Positions 49,393 to 62,651 of a DNA stretch of 64,000 bases are shown in pieces (position 1 is the stretch's first letter; every line of letters starts with the position of its first letter). The notes under the pieces were generated by a model. That model saw nothing but the letters and a program-made list of their open reading frames with translations. It ran no database searches and was not told the DNA's origin. Source of the stretch: Eledone cirrhosa (Eukaryota). The position numbers and the translations under genes are program-made. The stretch is from positions 289,788,001 through 289,852,000 of the forward strand of contig OZ024742.1 in assembly GCA_964016885.1 (NCBI GenBank). Direction: 5' to 3'.

Positions 49393-50100
49393 CGAGACCA
49401 GATATCTGTTTGTAAAATTACGCTAGGTTGTAAAAATCAATAGAGTTCCTGCCATTTTAAAAACATCAACAACGATGTTGTTAGGGAGAAATGTTAGCTA
49501 CGCACTGAAGGCATTTGTTTTTATAGAAAAAAATAGTCAGTCAAAGCAAAATAATTTATTAGAATCCGTTGAAATTACACATCTTATATCTTTTAAAGTA
49601 AAATATTTCAATATTAGAATATATTTCTCGATGATATTTTTATTCTTAGAAAAAGTTTATAATTTCTTTTTATGGAAGATAATGAAAAGGTCAAAAAAAT
49701 TATATAAAGGGAAACAACTCTTGTTTTTTACTTTCATATTACTTCCCTTCAAAATGTGATTTGAACAGATGAGATTTAATTTTTACTAGCAGTTTAGCCG
49801 GGCGTTGCTCGGGTTTGTTCAAAATGCTAGGAAAAGTTACAAACAGGTAAACGTGGCTTGAAAGCGAATAAGCTTATCAATTAAGTGCATAAAGCAGTTG
49901 AACCGGTTATTAAAAGTTACGAACCAATTAGCATTTTGGACAATCAATGATGGGTTAATAATCTTCCAATAGCGAATTTAGTAGACCAAAGTTGCAAGAT
50001 GGTGGCCCTGATGCCACTGGGTGTCAGATTTGTCCGCCATGGGATATCCTACCAGGAAATAATGTTCCAGACGGCATAGCTCCAACACCTGCACCAACAT

Positions 50101-53041
50101 CTATAGCACCTCTTTGTAGACGATATTGCGTGTCATCCCTTGAGGAGTGTAAGCAAAAAGTCCATTCCTGCTCCCTACGCGCGAACAGGCAACATAAAGT
50201 TGGCCATGGGAGAAGCATGGCTCCCCCAAATGGATGCCCGCCACCGACAATGTTTGCCCTTGTGACTTGTTAATGGACATGGCAAAACATGGTCTCACCG
50301 GGAATTGGGATCGCCGGAAATCGAACGGGATATCTGACGGCGAGAGGAAAAGGTTCATCCTTGGAATGAAAATATTCTCCCCTCTCCCGCACCCCGTTAC
50401 AATGGGGCCTCAATCAAGTAGGGCGTCAGTGACTTTACGACCATGCGAGTACCGTTGCACTGCTTTGGTGGACACAAGTTCCTTATTAGCACAATGGGAC
50501 AGCCAAGCCTAAGCTTAAGAATGTGAGGTGGGGCCCTGGGGGCTCAAGGGAATTTAATAACTCAACCAGATAATTAACGATATCATTAATTACTAATCTA
50601 TCTGACGTCCGGTCGATAGATTTGAAGATGTGCTTCTCAATCAGCTCAATCTGCTTCTCAATCAGCTGCTCGTTAATAAAATTAACCATGGTATTTTTCG
50701 GAGCAAGGATGGCTCTTTCGCTGAGCCAATCGATGTTTTTAAAGTTAGATGAGACATTAGGAAAAACTGCTTCCCAAAGGTCAGAAGGGCTGCTCACAAT
50801 GTTGCACAGGGAGTCGATTGCTATGCCGCCCTTGTCATCCGCAGGGACCTTTCCCTCACCAAGTACTAAAATGTTCTGAGCAAATGCTGCAGACATGTTG
50901 TCACCATGCAAATGAGCACGCATATTTGTGCTCAGGTACAAACTCTTCACCTGGAGCCACAACATGGACGACTTAAGGCAGGCACGCACTTCATCAGCTC
51001 TTGTCCCTTTGGGGATGACAGGCAGTGTTTGCCGAAAATCCCCTGATAGCAGAACGGTTACGCCACCCATAGGAGCCGTAAAATGCCTAATGTCTTTCAG
51101 GGTCCTGTACAATGCCTCAAGAGCACGCTTGTGTGCCATTGTGCAATCATCCCAAACAATGAGGCAACATTTTTTGAGAACCAGAGCTTCGTGTGAACTC
51201 TTGCTGATATTGCATGTTGGTGTCTCAGTTTTTACTAAATCCAAGGGGAGTTTAAAGGTTGAATGTGCTGCCCTGCCTCTCGGCAGCAAAGTAGAAGCGA
51301 TCCCGGACGATGCAACGGCCAATGCAATTTTTTTCTCCTGACGAATCTTAGCGAGAATCAATTTCGTTACAAAACTTTTTCCGATACCCCCAAGAGCATC
51401 GAGAAAGTAAATACCCCCAGTCTGATTTTGAACCGCGTCAATGATAGTTAAATAGGCCAACCTTTGGTCCGACAGAAGTTTGGGATCATTTTCCTCTAAG
51501 TATTGGGAAAGAGATTCGATGTCATATGCTGTTTCCCGCAACAAATCCGGGGCCAACGTGTTAGCTTCCTCTCTGACGGTTGACAGCTAGCCATACGTCG
51601 CCAACTCACTCCCACCCATGTCGAGGAGGGCGTCCTCGATATCAATGAGTGCCCTGTTGTAGATAATGTCACTGTAACCAACTTCCACTGAAGGATACTG
51701 CAGATGAGCCAGGCGCAGGAAGTCCGCAGAGATGAATTCTCTGTACTTGACCCATAAAGATTTGGAATCACTCAATTCACACTTTTGAAGGAAAATGGCA
51801 AAGAGTTCCCGTAGACCTTTAGGTGATTTCAGCAAAGCACCATCTGCTAAAGTGGAATCCCATTGCGAATCATCTTCCAAAAGACCACGCTTAAAGCAGG
51901 CTTCCCGGTACTTGTCACATATTTCCTCATCAACAGTTTTGAGGTCCTGAAAACTTTGTGGGCCTACAACTTCATGCAGAAGAAGGCGGAGATGAAAGCA
52001 CTCATGCTGAGTTGGGGCACAGTGTAAACCCTTCCAAGACAGCTGTCAAATTTTGCACCAGGATGTCTTTCAACAGCCTGACCTGACTTTCTTCGCACCA
52101 AGTGTTTTTCGACCATATAAAGTAGGATGGAACCTGGGGGTACACAATTGTTTGCGCAAATGTATCGAACTGGCAAAGTTTGAAGAAACCCGTCAGAGTG
52201 GTCGCTTTCAGATCGGCGGCCAGCTTGGTGGCGGTTTGGTCCGTAAATTAAACCCTTTGCCCATTTTCCAAATGTATCACAAGCTGTACAATGGCGGGAT
52301 GCCGTTGGTGTAGGGGTAAACCAAATAGGCGCCAAAAAGCTTCATTGCTACTGATGTACCGCCCCGCCAGGTATTCTGTGACCTCGTCCCTGCTATTTTC
52401 AGCTTGAAATGCGAACATTGCGGTATCAGAGTCCTTATTTACATATTTGCATATGTATTTTATCGACTTGACGGAGTTGCAAAACTCAACGTTGATGTGG
52501 GCGTTGAACATCTTCAAGAGAAGCGGGCAGTAAGGGACCACTCATCTATTGTCGACTTGACCTCCCTTTACTGTCGTGGTGAAGCCACCGTTCTCGGGCC
52601 ATCTCCGCCTGTACAGGGGGTACCCGTCGCCACCAGTCTGAGTCTGGTCAACAAATGTTTTGGGGTATCCTTTACTGCACGACCTCCCTTTCAGACACGT
52701 GTGATGCTCATTAGGACCCGACGCACGCGGACCATGTTAGCTTTGACGATGTCATGTAATTCCTGGTCAGTTGCTGGGTTAGGGATTTCAGCCGAAATGA
52801 AGCTGTCTATAGCATTTGAATTGATTTTATCAGCTAACCAAATCAAAATATGAGCATGTAGCAGGCCTCGTTTTTGCCATTCAGCAGTGAACATGTCACA
52901 TTTTACAACCTCAAATACCCGACCCTTTTTGATTAAAGCCATGAGTTTAGCCAGTTTCAGTCTGAACACTCTGGCAATGAGGTCATGTCTGTTCGAATAA
53001 TTTTGCCCAGGAAAAAGTTCACGGGTTACATTCCGATTCAT
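50101..53041 (-). pseudogene. Helitron RepHel fragments (HUH Rep plus PIF1 helicase)
   Basis: EWQKRGLLHAHILIW and KYICKYVNK (Rep); DALGGIGKS, ASSGIAS, GDFRQTLPV, AMSINKSQGQT and HGQLYVACSRV (helicase); multiple frameshifts. Confidence 0.92.
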
Positions 53042-53136
53042 ATGTCTATAGCATTAATCTGTTATATGAAGTATTATTTTGCGGGTTGTTATTTGCAATA
53101 AGCCGATTGAAAATGCCCCAGATAAGCCGTATGCCA

Positions 53137-53448
53137 ATACGGAACGCTCCACTGCAGTGTTGTCATATAGGGAGTGAAGAGCGACAGAGAGAGTAAAGCA
53201 GTTAAATTATAGAGAGAGGGAATATACGGAACGCTCCATTTGATCATACACACTGTTTCTCTCTCTGTAGTGTTGTCATATAAGGAGTGAAGAGCGACAG
53301 AGAGAGTAAAGCAGTTAAATTATAGAGAGAGGGAATATACGGAACGCTCCATTTGATCATACACACTGTCTCTCTCTCTGTAGTGTTGTCATATAAGGAG
53401 TGAAGAGCGACAGAGAGAGTAAAGCAGTTAAATTATAGAGAGGGGGAA
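53137..53448. repeat. About 112-bp tandem repeat (about 3 copies) in the Helitron 5' region
   Basis: GTGTTGTCATATA.GGAGTGAAGAGCGACAGAGAGAGTAAAGCAGTTAAATTATAGAGAG occurs three times. Confidence 0.9.
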
Positions 53449-54195
53449 TGATCATGATCAATTTTTGCCCTTATTGTCGATGGATTTGAAATTTTTTTGC
53501 CTCATTACTTCTTCCTGACCAAAAGCAATAATTGTCCTGACTTTGAATAGAATCCGTTGGAAATTGTGGACGTGCATACGTTACAAACCTTAACACACAC
53601 ATCCTCAGATTTATATATATAGATACAAGGCATAAAGTGTGGTGGATTGGCGGCAGCTCAGATAAAATGTCATTACGGTATTTGTTCCTGCTCTTTACAT
53701 TCTGCGTTCAAATCTCACTAAAATCAACTTTGCCTTTCATCCTTCTAGGATCGATAAAATAAAATACTATTCTGTCCGCCGGGGTAGTCAACGCGTGGGC
53801 CCCATTTGCTCATTCTTCTTATCATGTCCACAAGAGTGTCGGCTACACAGCTTGGCTAGATGTGGTCTGCCACAGCTGGACACATTGATGTCCTTTCTCA
53901 TTAAACTCTGCCAAGTCCAATGTTGTGCAGGGGTTTTCCAACAGTGAGCATATCAGAAGGTGCTGCGTAGTCTGTGGTTCGATGCCGCAGTCACACACAA
54001 CGTCCCCATCCTTTAAATATACCTATTTTGCCAGATTGGCTTTTATACGACCAACAACAGATCTTAATCTGTTGAGGTATTTTCACATTGCATAGTTTGT
54101 ATCTGCTCCGGGGTAGGGCAGTGCCTCGCTCGCCTTTAGCTCCATTGTTGTTACAGATGGGAGGTTGTTAAGTTTTTCTTCCCAGTGAGTGACTC

Positions 54196-54647
54196 TGTGG
54201 TAAAATGGTGTATCCTAGTTGGATTGTTTATCGGCATAGACATGAGGGAAGGTCCCTCGTCTATTTACCATTTTTGTAAGTGAGAATTATAACAAAGTGA
54301 GTGGGTGTGTGCGTAAACAAGACAATAACCACAACGAGAGTTATATTCAACAAATGTAAATAATGCTGATGTTTATTTTGTTTATATGTGTTTATTATAT
54401 TACAAATGGAACATACCAAATATAGACGCGGTCAGTTGTGGTGAATTACAATTACAAAGATATTGTGGGGTTTGCTGTTTGCTGTTCCCTTGGCTGTTTA
54501 TCGTTTCGTGGTACAGAGGTTGTTTTCTGTGGCGTGTATTTAGTCTGCTTTCCCGTGGCTGTCTGTTTACCTCTGGTGTTCTCAACCAGGGGGAGACAAC
54601 TAGGGTTGTTCCATTATCCGCCAGGAGGCGTGAGGCGTCTTACTACA
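54196..54647 (-). repeat. 3' LTR
   Basis: Direct repeat of 59457-59908; three substitutions counted by eye. Confidence 0.95.
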
Positions 54648-54867
54648 GTATCCCCTGCCAGATTTTCAAATCATCGAAAATCGATGTTATTACTCACACG
54701 TGGAGTAAGATGGCGAACAATGCAACAAGGGGGAGCTATTCGCTCTACCAATCATTAAATCCAAAATAAGGATTTGAAAAATGTTAAAAAAAAACAACAT
54801 GCATGCATAAAAAACAGGCAAAGAAAAAAGCAGAAACACAAGCAAAAAAAAAGGTGCAGCTGACAGT

Positions 54868-57800
54868 CTAAATATAGACGGTGTTGCAAATTCTTTTGGG
54901 CCAGTGGACCCTACGACCTGAACGGGTCGTGGTCTTGTAACGTGGCGATGGTGGTGGTGTAGGGACAGGCGATGATGGTGGTTCAGGAACAGGCGTTCGC
55001 TCAACAGGCAAATACGAAGGGGTTCGTGGATCAGGAACCACAGCGTCCGTGTCAAGGTGTGCCTGCTTAAGCCTGTCTATTGTAACTGTCTCCCTGGACC
55101 CTTTAATATCTAAAGTGAAATGCTTAGCCGAGCGCGCTAAGACACGGTAAGGTCCAGTGTAAGGCTGTGTGAGCGGGGGCTTCACAGAATCTTTCCTTAC
55201 AAAGACATGCGTCCACGAGGCAACATCCCTAGGGACAGCAGTCTTGACAGTTTGTTTCCTAGTGTTCATTGGCGGCAAATCCTGGAAATAGGAGCGCAAA
55301 CGGGACACGTAGGAAGCGTGATCTTGGGCATCGAGATCGATAGGGGCAAGCATTTGCCCGGGAAACGTCAGAGGGGCACCGTACAGTACTTCGGCCGGTG
55401 AAATCCAAAGTCGACCTTCACCGTTGACCGAATCCCTAGTAGCACAATAGGGAGGTACTCGCTCCAATGCGCCGAGTCCATTGAGGCCATTAAGGAGGCC
55501 TTCAGTTGTCGGTGAAAACGCTCCACCAAACCATTCGAAGCGGGATGGTACGCCGTAGTTCTAATGCGCTTAGCACCAATTAATTTTGACAGTTCGAGGA
55601 AAAGGCTCGACTCGAACTGTCGTCCACGGTCGGTAGTTATTGTGGATGGAACTCCATAACGAGAGATCCATCCAGACACAAGAGCACTGCGCTGTTGTCT
55701 CAGCGGTGATGTTTTTCAAGGGGATGGCTTCAGGCCATCTCGAAAAACGGTCAATTATGGTCAGCAGATAAGAATAACCATCGCTGACAGGCCAAGGTCC
55801 CACTATATCAATATGAATGTGCGAAAAACGCGCATCTGGGTTAGTAAAGGTACCCAGGGGAGCCTTGACGTGTCGATGGACCTTTGATTTCTGGCAAGCG
55901 ACGCAGGAACGGCACCAAGCAGCAATTTCACGCCTCATATTTGGCCAGAAAAATCTAGCTGATATGAGCTTTGCTGTGGCAGAAGATCCTGGATGCGAGA
56001 AACCATGTAATGCCAGAAACACGGTCCGACGATGATTCTCTGGAACGAAGGGCCTAGGCACGTCCAAAGAGACGTCGCAGAGAATTTGGCCAACTGCAAT
56101 CGACAGAGGCAAGTATTTCATCTCGCAATTCGCAAACTCGGGTGATGTAACATCCAATGACTCAAGGGGAGGCTGATCCGCAGCCAAACGAGTCAGATCT
56201 ATGTCAGAGGGTGACGAGATCGCTGTCACGGGTAAGCGGGACAAGGCATCGGCCGCTGTATTTAGTGAACCCGGAATGTGTTGGATATCATTCGTATATT
56301 GCGAGATGAAATCAAGGTGTCTCGTCTCTCTGGGCGAGTATTTATCAGCCTTCGCTCTCAACGCAAAAGTCAATGGTTTATGGTCAGTGAGGATAGTAAA
56401 TAGTCTACCCTCTAGCATATGTGAAAAATGTTTCACGGCCAAATAGATGTCTAAAAGCTCCCTTCCAAAGGTGCTGTAGCGCGTCTCAGCAGGTTTCAGC
56501 TTTCTGGAAAAAAACTCCAGCGGTTGCTGGTAACCATTGATGTTTTGCTGTAGCACTGCGCCCACAGCGATATCCGATGCATCAACACAAAGCGTTAGCT
56601 TTGCACCGGGTACCGGGTGAGCCAGTAACGAAGCATTAGCCAAAGCAGTTTTGGCGTGCTCAAAATCAGCAAGTTGAGTGTCTGTCAAAGAAATGTCTTT
56701 GTTCTTCTTCCGACAATTTTTTTAAATTTCTGTCAGGGAGAAAAGCAATCTTGCACAATTTGGCACGAAACGCCTATAAAAGTTAATCAGGCCTAAGAAC
56801 TGGCGTAACTGACGTAGTGAGGTCGGTGGAGGCAAATCCTCTATGACCTTAACTCGCTCAGGCCGGGGTCGAATACCGTCAGCATCGATGACGTGACCCA
56901 AGAAAGTCAGTGACTCAACACCAAAAACACATTTGGGTGCATTAATCTGCACGTTATACGCCTTCAATCGGCGGAAAAGAAGATTCAAATGGTGCGTATG
57001 TTGCTCTTGAGAAGAACTAGCAATGAGCAGGTCGTCAATATAGGTATAGACGAAATCGAGGCCACGAGTAACCTCATCCATAAACCGCTGAAACGTACTA
57101 GCGGCATTCCTTAATCCGAACGGCATGGTCAAAAACTCAAATGACCCAAATGGCGTAACTATAGCTGTTTTGGGAATGTCATTTTTATGGACAGGAATTT
57201 GATGGTACGCACGAATTAAATCCAGTTTGGAGAATATCTTGCATCCCTGCAACGAAGACGCAAAGTCTTGTAGATGAGGGATAGGATAACGGTCCGGTTC
57301 CGTTATCGAATTTAAGCGTCGATAATCTCCAGTAGGTCTCCAATCGCCAGTCGCTTTCGGTACCATGTGTAATGGGGACGCCCACGGGCTCGTGGACGGA
57401 CGAATAATCCACAACTGCAGCATATAATCAAACTCTGATCGTGCTGCTTTGAGTTTGTCCGGAGGCAAGCGACGAGGACGAGAAAAAACGGGAGCACCAG
57501 TTGTAGATATGAAGTGCTCCGTGGTATGAGTTGACTCATCAACTCGAAAATTTCCCTGAGTCAGTTGCGGGAACGAGTTCAACAACGCATGGTAAGTATC
57601 ACCGGTGTTAGCAAGAAAAAAGGTCGGGCTAACCGTTAGAACTCCTGCTGCCTTGCCAACAACAGTTAAACCAGTGATGCCATCAATTAGGCATTTACGA
57701 CGGAGGTCCACCGTCAATGAAAAATGGTGGAGAAAATCCGCGCCTAGAATCGGATACAGTAAATATCCATTTAAATTCACGCCGCAGATTACGGAACTGC

Positions 57801-58792
57801 AAAGGTAGCGAGATTTGTCCGAAGGTTCGAATCGGCGAACAATTTACTGCCTGCAACTCAATAGGTGTCTCAGGGGATGTTTCCTTCATACAACACACAG
57901 GCCATACTGAACAAACTGCACCTGTGTCAACCAGAAAGGCTCTACCTGATAGTAGGTCCTCGGTGAAAAAGTGGCGGTTGGATGATGTTTCGCAGAGCGC
58001 ACTATCCGCCGTTAGTGACTCTGGTCGTCGTTTCCCTTGTAAGCACAAGGAGGCCTACAACGGGCGGCTTTGTCACCATATTTGTCATGGTAATAACAAT
58101 ATGGTGGTTTTGGTGTTTTGGAAGGGCTACGGTGGCGAGGAGTTGAATAACATCGTGAGCGGCTCCTCTGCCGTCCAAAAGACCTGAATTCCTGGCACAA
58201 CTCCACCATTTGACGAGTCATGGCTTCCATTGTGGTGACTAATTTCTCATCACTCGCTGATGAGCGTGATTGAGGAAGAGAAGAGGAAGCAACGTACTTT
58301 GGCTTCGAAGTGTCTCTCTTCGTCACTTCTACAATTTTGTCAGCAGAGACAGCAATGTGGTCGAGGGTATTTACCTCTAGCATATGGGCTAGGATCGCCT
58401 GTACCTCTTGAGGTGGGCGAGAGAAGAACAATTGCTTCAGGAAAGGGCTATCCTGATCTTGGGAATCGCTCAAATCCCGCAAATGCCGGAGAAAAGCGGT
58501 AGGGGTCCTGTCACCTAATCGTTCGTCCTCGATCAATGACCGAAAACGACTCTCTACCGACTTACAGTTCCTTCTCAAGATCTCGCCTTTTAAAGACTCA
58601 TACGTTAAATCAGAGGGGGGAGGGGTCTGTAATTAGGTCTTGGACCGAATCTGCTAGATTAGGGGGAAGTCCGCTAATCAAGACAGCGAGGCGCTGGTCA
58701 GACTCGGTCTTACAGACCGTAAAATACGCCTGTAGCTGGGCAAACCACAGCTTAGGGTTTCCGGTAAAGGCGGGCAAATGTGGCGCATTCAT
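54868..58792 (-). pseudogene. gag-pol of the Gypsy element, broken into seven pieces
   Basis: gag 58792-58610 and 58578-58012; pol 58048-57695, 57780-56722, 56688-55570, 55679-55368 and 55467-54868. Confidence 0.9.
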
Positions 58793-59456
58793 TGTGGAAC
58801 GTTTAAAATTAAAAAAAAAATATATATATATAAACAGTAATTAATGTTTCCTCGTACAGAGAAAAGCAAACACCGAAAATGGAGAAAAAAATGAAAGATC
58901 AAAAAGAAACAGACATTCAAAACATTAGGAAATAGGAAAAATACATAAAATACATATATATATATTTTTATTTTTTTTATTTTTCTTTCAACGTCTGTCC
59001 CCTTGTGTTGCTTCAACGAGCCAGCCAAATCAAATAACCCGTGAAAAAGAGAAAATAAAAAAAAATTTTTGTTTTAGAATATATCCACGTTGGATATCAA
59101 CAATAGGTAGCCTGTGGCTAAAAATCCCTTAGAAAAAAAGTAAGGCATGTATATCCCCTGCGGGGCAGTAATGTTCACAAAAAAGTTTTTTTTCCCTTGA
59201 TCAGTTATGGAACACACACGCAATTGAAAATGTCCCTGTCCTGGCGGAAAATTACAAAACGGGGAAGGAAAGCAACGCCATCTTTGAAAAATTTTTTGGC
59301 TGGTTTGTATACCTTGTCAATACGGTATAAACACTTTATTATTTCTCTGTCTTTTTTTTGTATTTTCGTAAGTTGCGAAAAGGTTGGCAACGTGGTAATA
59401 ACAGTGAAGTTCAACTGAATAAAAAGGCTGCGTAAAATTCTTACGTCGGTCACCAG

Positions 59457-59908
59457 TGTGGTAAAATGGTGTATCCTAGTTGGATTGTTTATCGACATAG
59501 ACGTGAGGGAAGGTCCCTCGTCTATTTACCATTTTTGTAAGTGAGAATTATAACAAAGTGAGTGGGTGTGTGCGTAAACAAGACAATAACCACAACGAGA
59601 GTTATATTCAACAAATGTAAATAATGCTGATGTTTATTTTGTTTATATGTGTTTATTATATTACAAATGGAACATACCAAATATAGACGCGGTCAGTTGT
59701 GGTGAATTACAATTACAAAGATATTGTGGGGTTTGCTGTTTGCTGTTCCCTTGGCTGTTTATCGTTTCGTGGTACAGAGGTTGTTTTCTGTGGCGTGTAT
59801 TTAGTCTGCTTTCCCGTGGCTGTCTGTTTACCTCTGGTGTTCTCAACCAGGGGGAGACAACTAGGGTTGTTCCATTATCCGCTAGGAGGCGTGAGGCGTC
59901 TTACTACA
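59457..59908 (-). repeat. 5' LTR
   Basis: Adjacent to the PBS; direct repeat of 54196-54647. Confidence 0.95.
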
Positions 59909-60596
59909 ACTCTTTCACTACTTATGATTGATGTTCCAAGGGATGTGACGCTCTTTAGGAAACTTTAGGCACATGGCCAAAGATATGATGTTTTTGATCT
60001 GTAGTCTGTTGTTGATGCTCTATCTTGCCTGCTGCACTTCGTCGTATCTCTGGTGGGATACGACTGGATATACAGACGGCCCGTAAGTGTAGATTGCTGG
60101 CAGCCTGTGATGAGGGCGGGATCTAGCTTCTGGACATAGACAGCTCGCTCCCATCCTGGGTATACATACTCGGCGGCTGAGTAGCAAAGGGCTAGTGCAG
60201 TTGACTTCAGAGTCTGTGAGTTTACACCCCAGGTTGTGCCAGTGAGTTTGCGGATGATGTTCCTCGCATTCACTTTGCACTTGTTCTTCTCAATGTGAAT
60301 CTTAAAAGAGAGACCAGGGTTACACCTAGATAGACTGGGTGCTCACAGTGTTCATGGGGTGTTCCTGACCAGTTAACCTTCAGTTGGCGCTTGGCTTCAT
60401 GGTTTCGCAGGTGGAAGGCACACACCTGTGTCTTGGATGGATTTTCACGCAGGTAGTTCTCTTCATAATAAGGTGTTAGCTCTCCTAGAACATTGGAGAG
60501 TCTATCTTCCACAACTTTGAAATCAGTGTCTTGTGCACCTATGCCAAGATCGTCTGCATAGATAAAGCGGCGGATGTCTGCACTTTTTGGTTGGTT

Positions 60597-61180
60597 ATGG
60601 GGAGGGGGCGAAGGGTTTCTTCACTTTTTGGTTAGTCGAGGGGAGGAAGGGGAGGAATGAGAGGAAGGGGAGAAATGAGAAGAAGGGGAAGAATGAGAGG
60701 AAGGGAGGAAGAGGGGGGATGGGTGAAAGGGAAGAGAGGAGAAAGAGGAGGGGGAAGAGGGGCTGAGAGTGGGAGGAAGAGCGGGAGGAGGAGGGAGGAT
60801 GGCAGGAAGAGAAGGAATGGAAGGAGGGGTGGAAGGGGAGTAAGGGGGAAGAATAAGAGGAATGGGTGGAGGGGAAAGAGCGGAAAGAGGGAAGAGGGGA
60901 GAGAGAGGGGTATAAAGAGAGGGAAAGAAGTGGAAATGAGGAGTTTAAGAAGGGGAGAGAGGGAAAATGGGAGTGGGGAATGAGGGGGAATGTGGGGAAG
61001 GGGGAAGAGGGTGAAAGAGTGAGAAAGGGCAAGGAAGGGTGTATGAGGTGGAAAGGGAAAGAAAGCAAAAGGGAGGAGAGTGAGGAAGGAGATGAAGCGG
61101 AGGTAGTGGAGGAAGAGGGGAAGGGGAAGAGGAGGCTGACAGTTGGGGATTTAGATAGTGAAGAAGGTGGGGCAGCAGAG
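60597..61180. repeat. Polypurine (G/A) low-complexity tract
   Basis: About 580 bp composed almost entirely of G and A on the plus strand. Confidence 0.9.
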
Positions 61181-62651
61181 TGTTAAGATGGGGACATATG
61201 CATCCAGACAGGCAAGGAGCTAAATGTCAGACTTCTCTCTTTCTTAGTTACCATCCTGTCCTTGCTTATTTCCTCTTGTACATGCAGAAAGGTGAGCCTT
61301 CCGCAATATGTCATGTCTCCAGTCACCTCAATCATGGTTCAGATGAGTGAGTTCAGCCTTCACCACATCATCCCAAGTTTTCCTAGTGTGGTGAGGAAAC
61401 GAATGACCCTACTCTGTGTCTCCTCCTGAATCCGGACTGAATGTCCCTGCGTGAATATCCATTTAACTTACATCCGACCGAGAAATACAGAGCTTCTGTC
61501 ATACACAATCTTAAGATGTCTGCACCGGACCACCTCCTGACGAAAGGGGAAACGGCAGGTGTGTTAACCTAATGTTACGTTACTGTGTAGCAGTGAATGA
61601 AATGTATTTTCCTTCTGCGGCGGAATGGTGTTACGGAGGTAAGTTGGCTGAAGTGTGAGCCAATCGAAACCTTCGGTGCACTAATTCGACTGTCCAGAAC
61701 TACGTCACCAGTGTGAGCGGAGGTGACCAAGAGAGACATTAGTCTACACGCACCTCTCTTATCGACAAGACCAGGCTACACTCATCGCTGCTAACAACAT
61801 ATCCATCTTGCAATGAAGCGGACCAACTACATACTACACATGTAGATACGACCTGTACCTAATGTATCCGTTCAACATGTACGACTAATAAATAGAGTTA
61901 CAACATCGATAATGGATTTAGTCAATGTTCTAAATGCCTTCTGATCTCTATTATGTATATTAAGAATTGACCCTAAAACCCGTTATAAATGGTGACCCCG
62001 ACGTGATACGATACAACAAATCACATTATAAATGGTGACCCGAACGTTTAAGGACATCAACACAGAAGAAACCACATCTTTCCGTTGCAACGAACACATC
62101 AACATTTCGCATCCCCCCCCCCAAAAAAAAAACAAAGCCACTCGCCTTTTTTCGGGGTATGTACGCGATTAGCGTGAGTCCTAATATGTATTTGATATAG
62201 TATCTTATTGTTACTAAATCTGCACATCACACCTTCACTTTCTAACATCACCGAACACATGCGTTAATACAAAAATCTTATTTTTCCCTCTCAATTTCCG
62301 ATTGGGCGACGCTATAAAAAAACTAAAAAAAAAAACTGTTGGCGCTGATAGCCGGTCAGAGCAAGATGGCCGACTTCCGTCTTCTTCAGCTGTTTTCCCG
62401 CCAAAACGACGGAGGCAACGCCATTTTGAAAAGTACACAAAAAGAAAAAAAAAAAATAATAGGACAAAGATAAATCATAATTTTTTTTTAAAGCTTGACG
62501 TTTTTCCCTCCAACATTGTTTTTGATATATTTTTCTTTTTCTGTCCTTCACTCGGATTATATTTTTTCTTGGCCTGAATTTTCACTTTTATCTCGGTGAC
62601 AAGTGCAGAGTTGTCCTGTCTTTGCCCTTTGCTTTTACATCAGTATACACA

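Larger units (their letters stand above)
49786..53623 (-). mobile_element. Helitron, internally deleted, with both termini
   Basis: Minus-strand A|TCTATATATA 5' end at 53623; 3' end CCGAGC-AAC-GCCCGG hairpin then CTAG|T at 49786. Confidence 0.92.
54196..59908 (-). mobile_element. Full-length Ty3/Gypsy LTR retrotransposon (CsRn1/Boudicca-like)
   Basis: Two 452-bp LTRs (TG...CA); 4-bp TSD ACTC; PBS TGGTGACCGACG (tRNA-Trp-like) at 59444-59455; PPT GGCAGGGGATAC; Gag CxxH-x9-C-x3-C; domain order PR (LVDTGA), RT (YIDD), RNase H (DAS), IN. Confidence 0.95.
53775..60590 (-). mobile_element. Vingi/Ingi-like LINE remnant split by the Gypsy element
   Basis: FIYADDL near 60550-60570, YLGVTL and ARNIIRKLTGTTWG..ALALCYSAAEY to the right of the LTR element; LNRLRS.VGR.KANL and C.CG...QT..HLL.C to the left (53930-54080). 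Confidence 0.75.

Noticed and set aside
54386-54769. Duplicated small ORFs (also 59647-59968)
   Set aside because: They lie within the two LTRs and have no recognisable domain.
60595-61186. P/S/F-rich and G/R/E-rich ORFs
   Set aside because: They are artefacts of the polypurine tract.
61525-61565. CTGACGA...GAAAC hammerhead-like motif
   Set aside because: There is no pairable stem II and no NUH triplet at the expected position.
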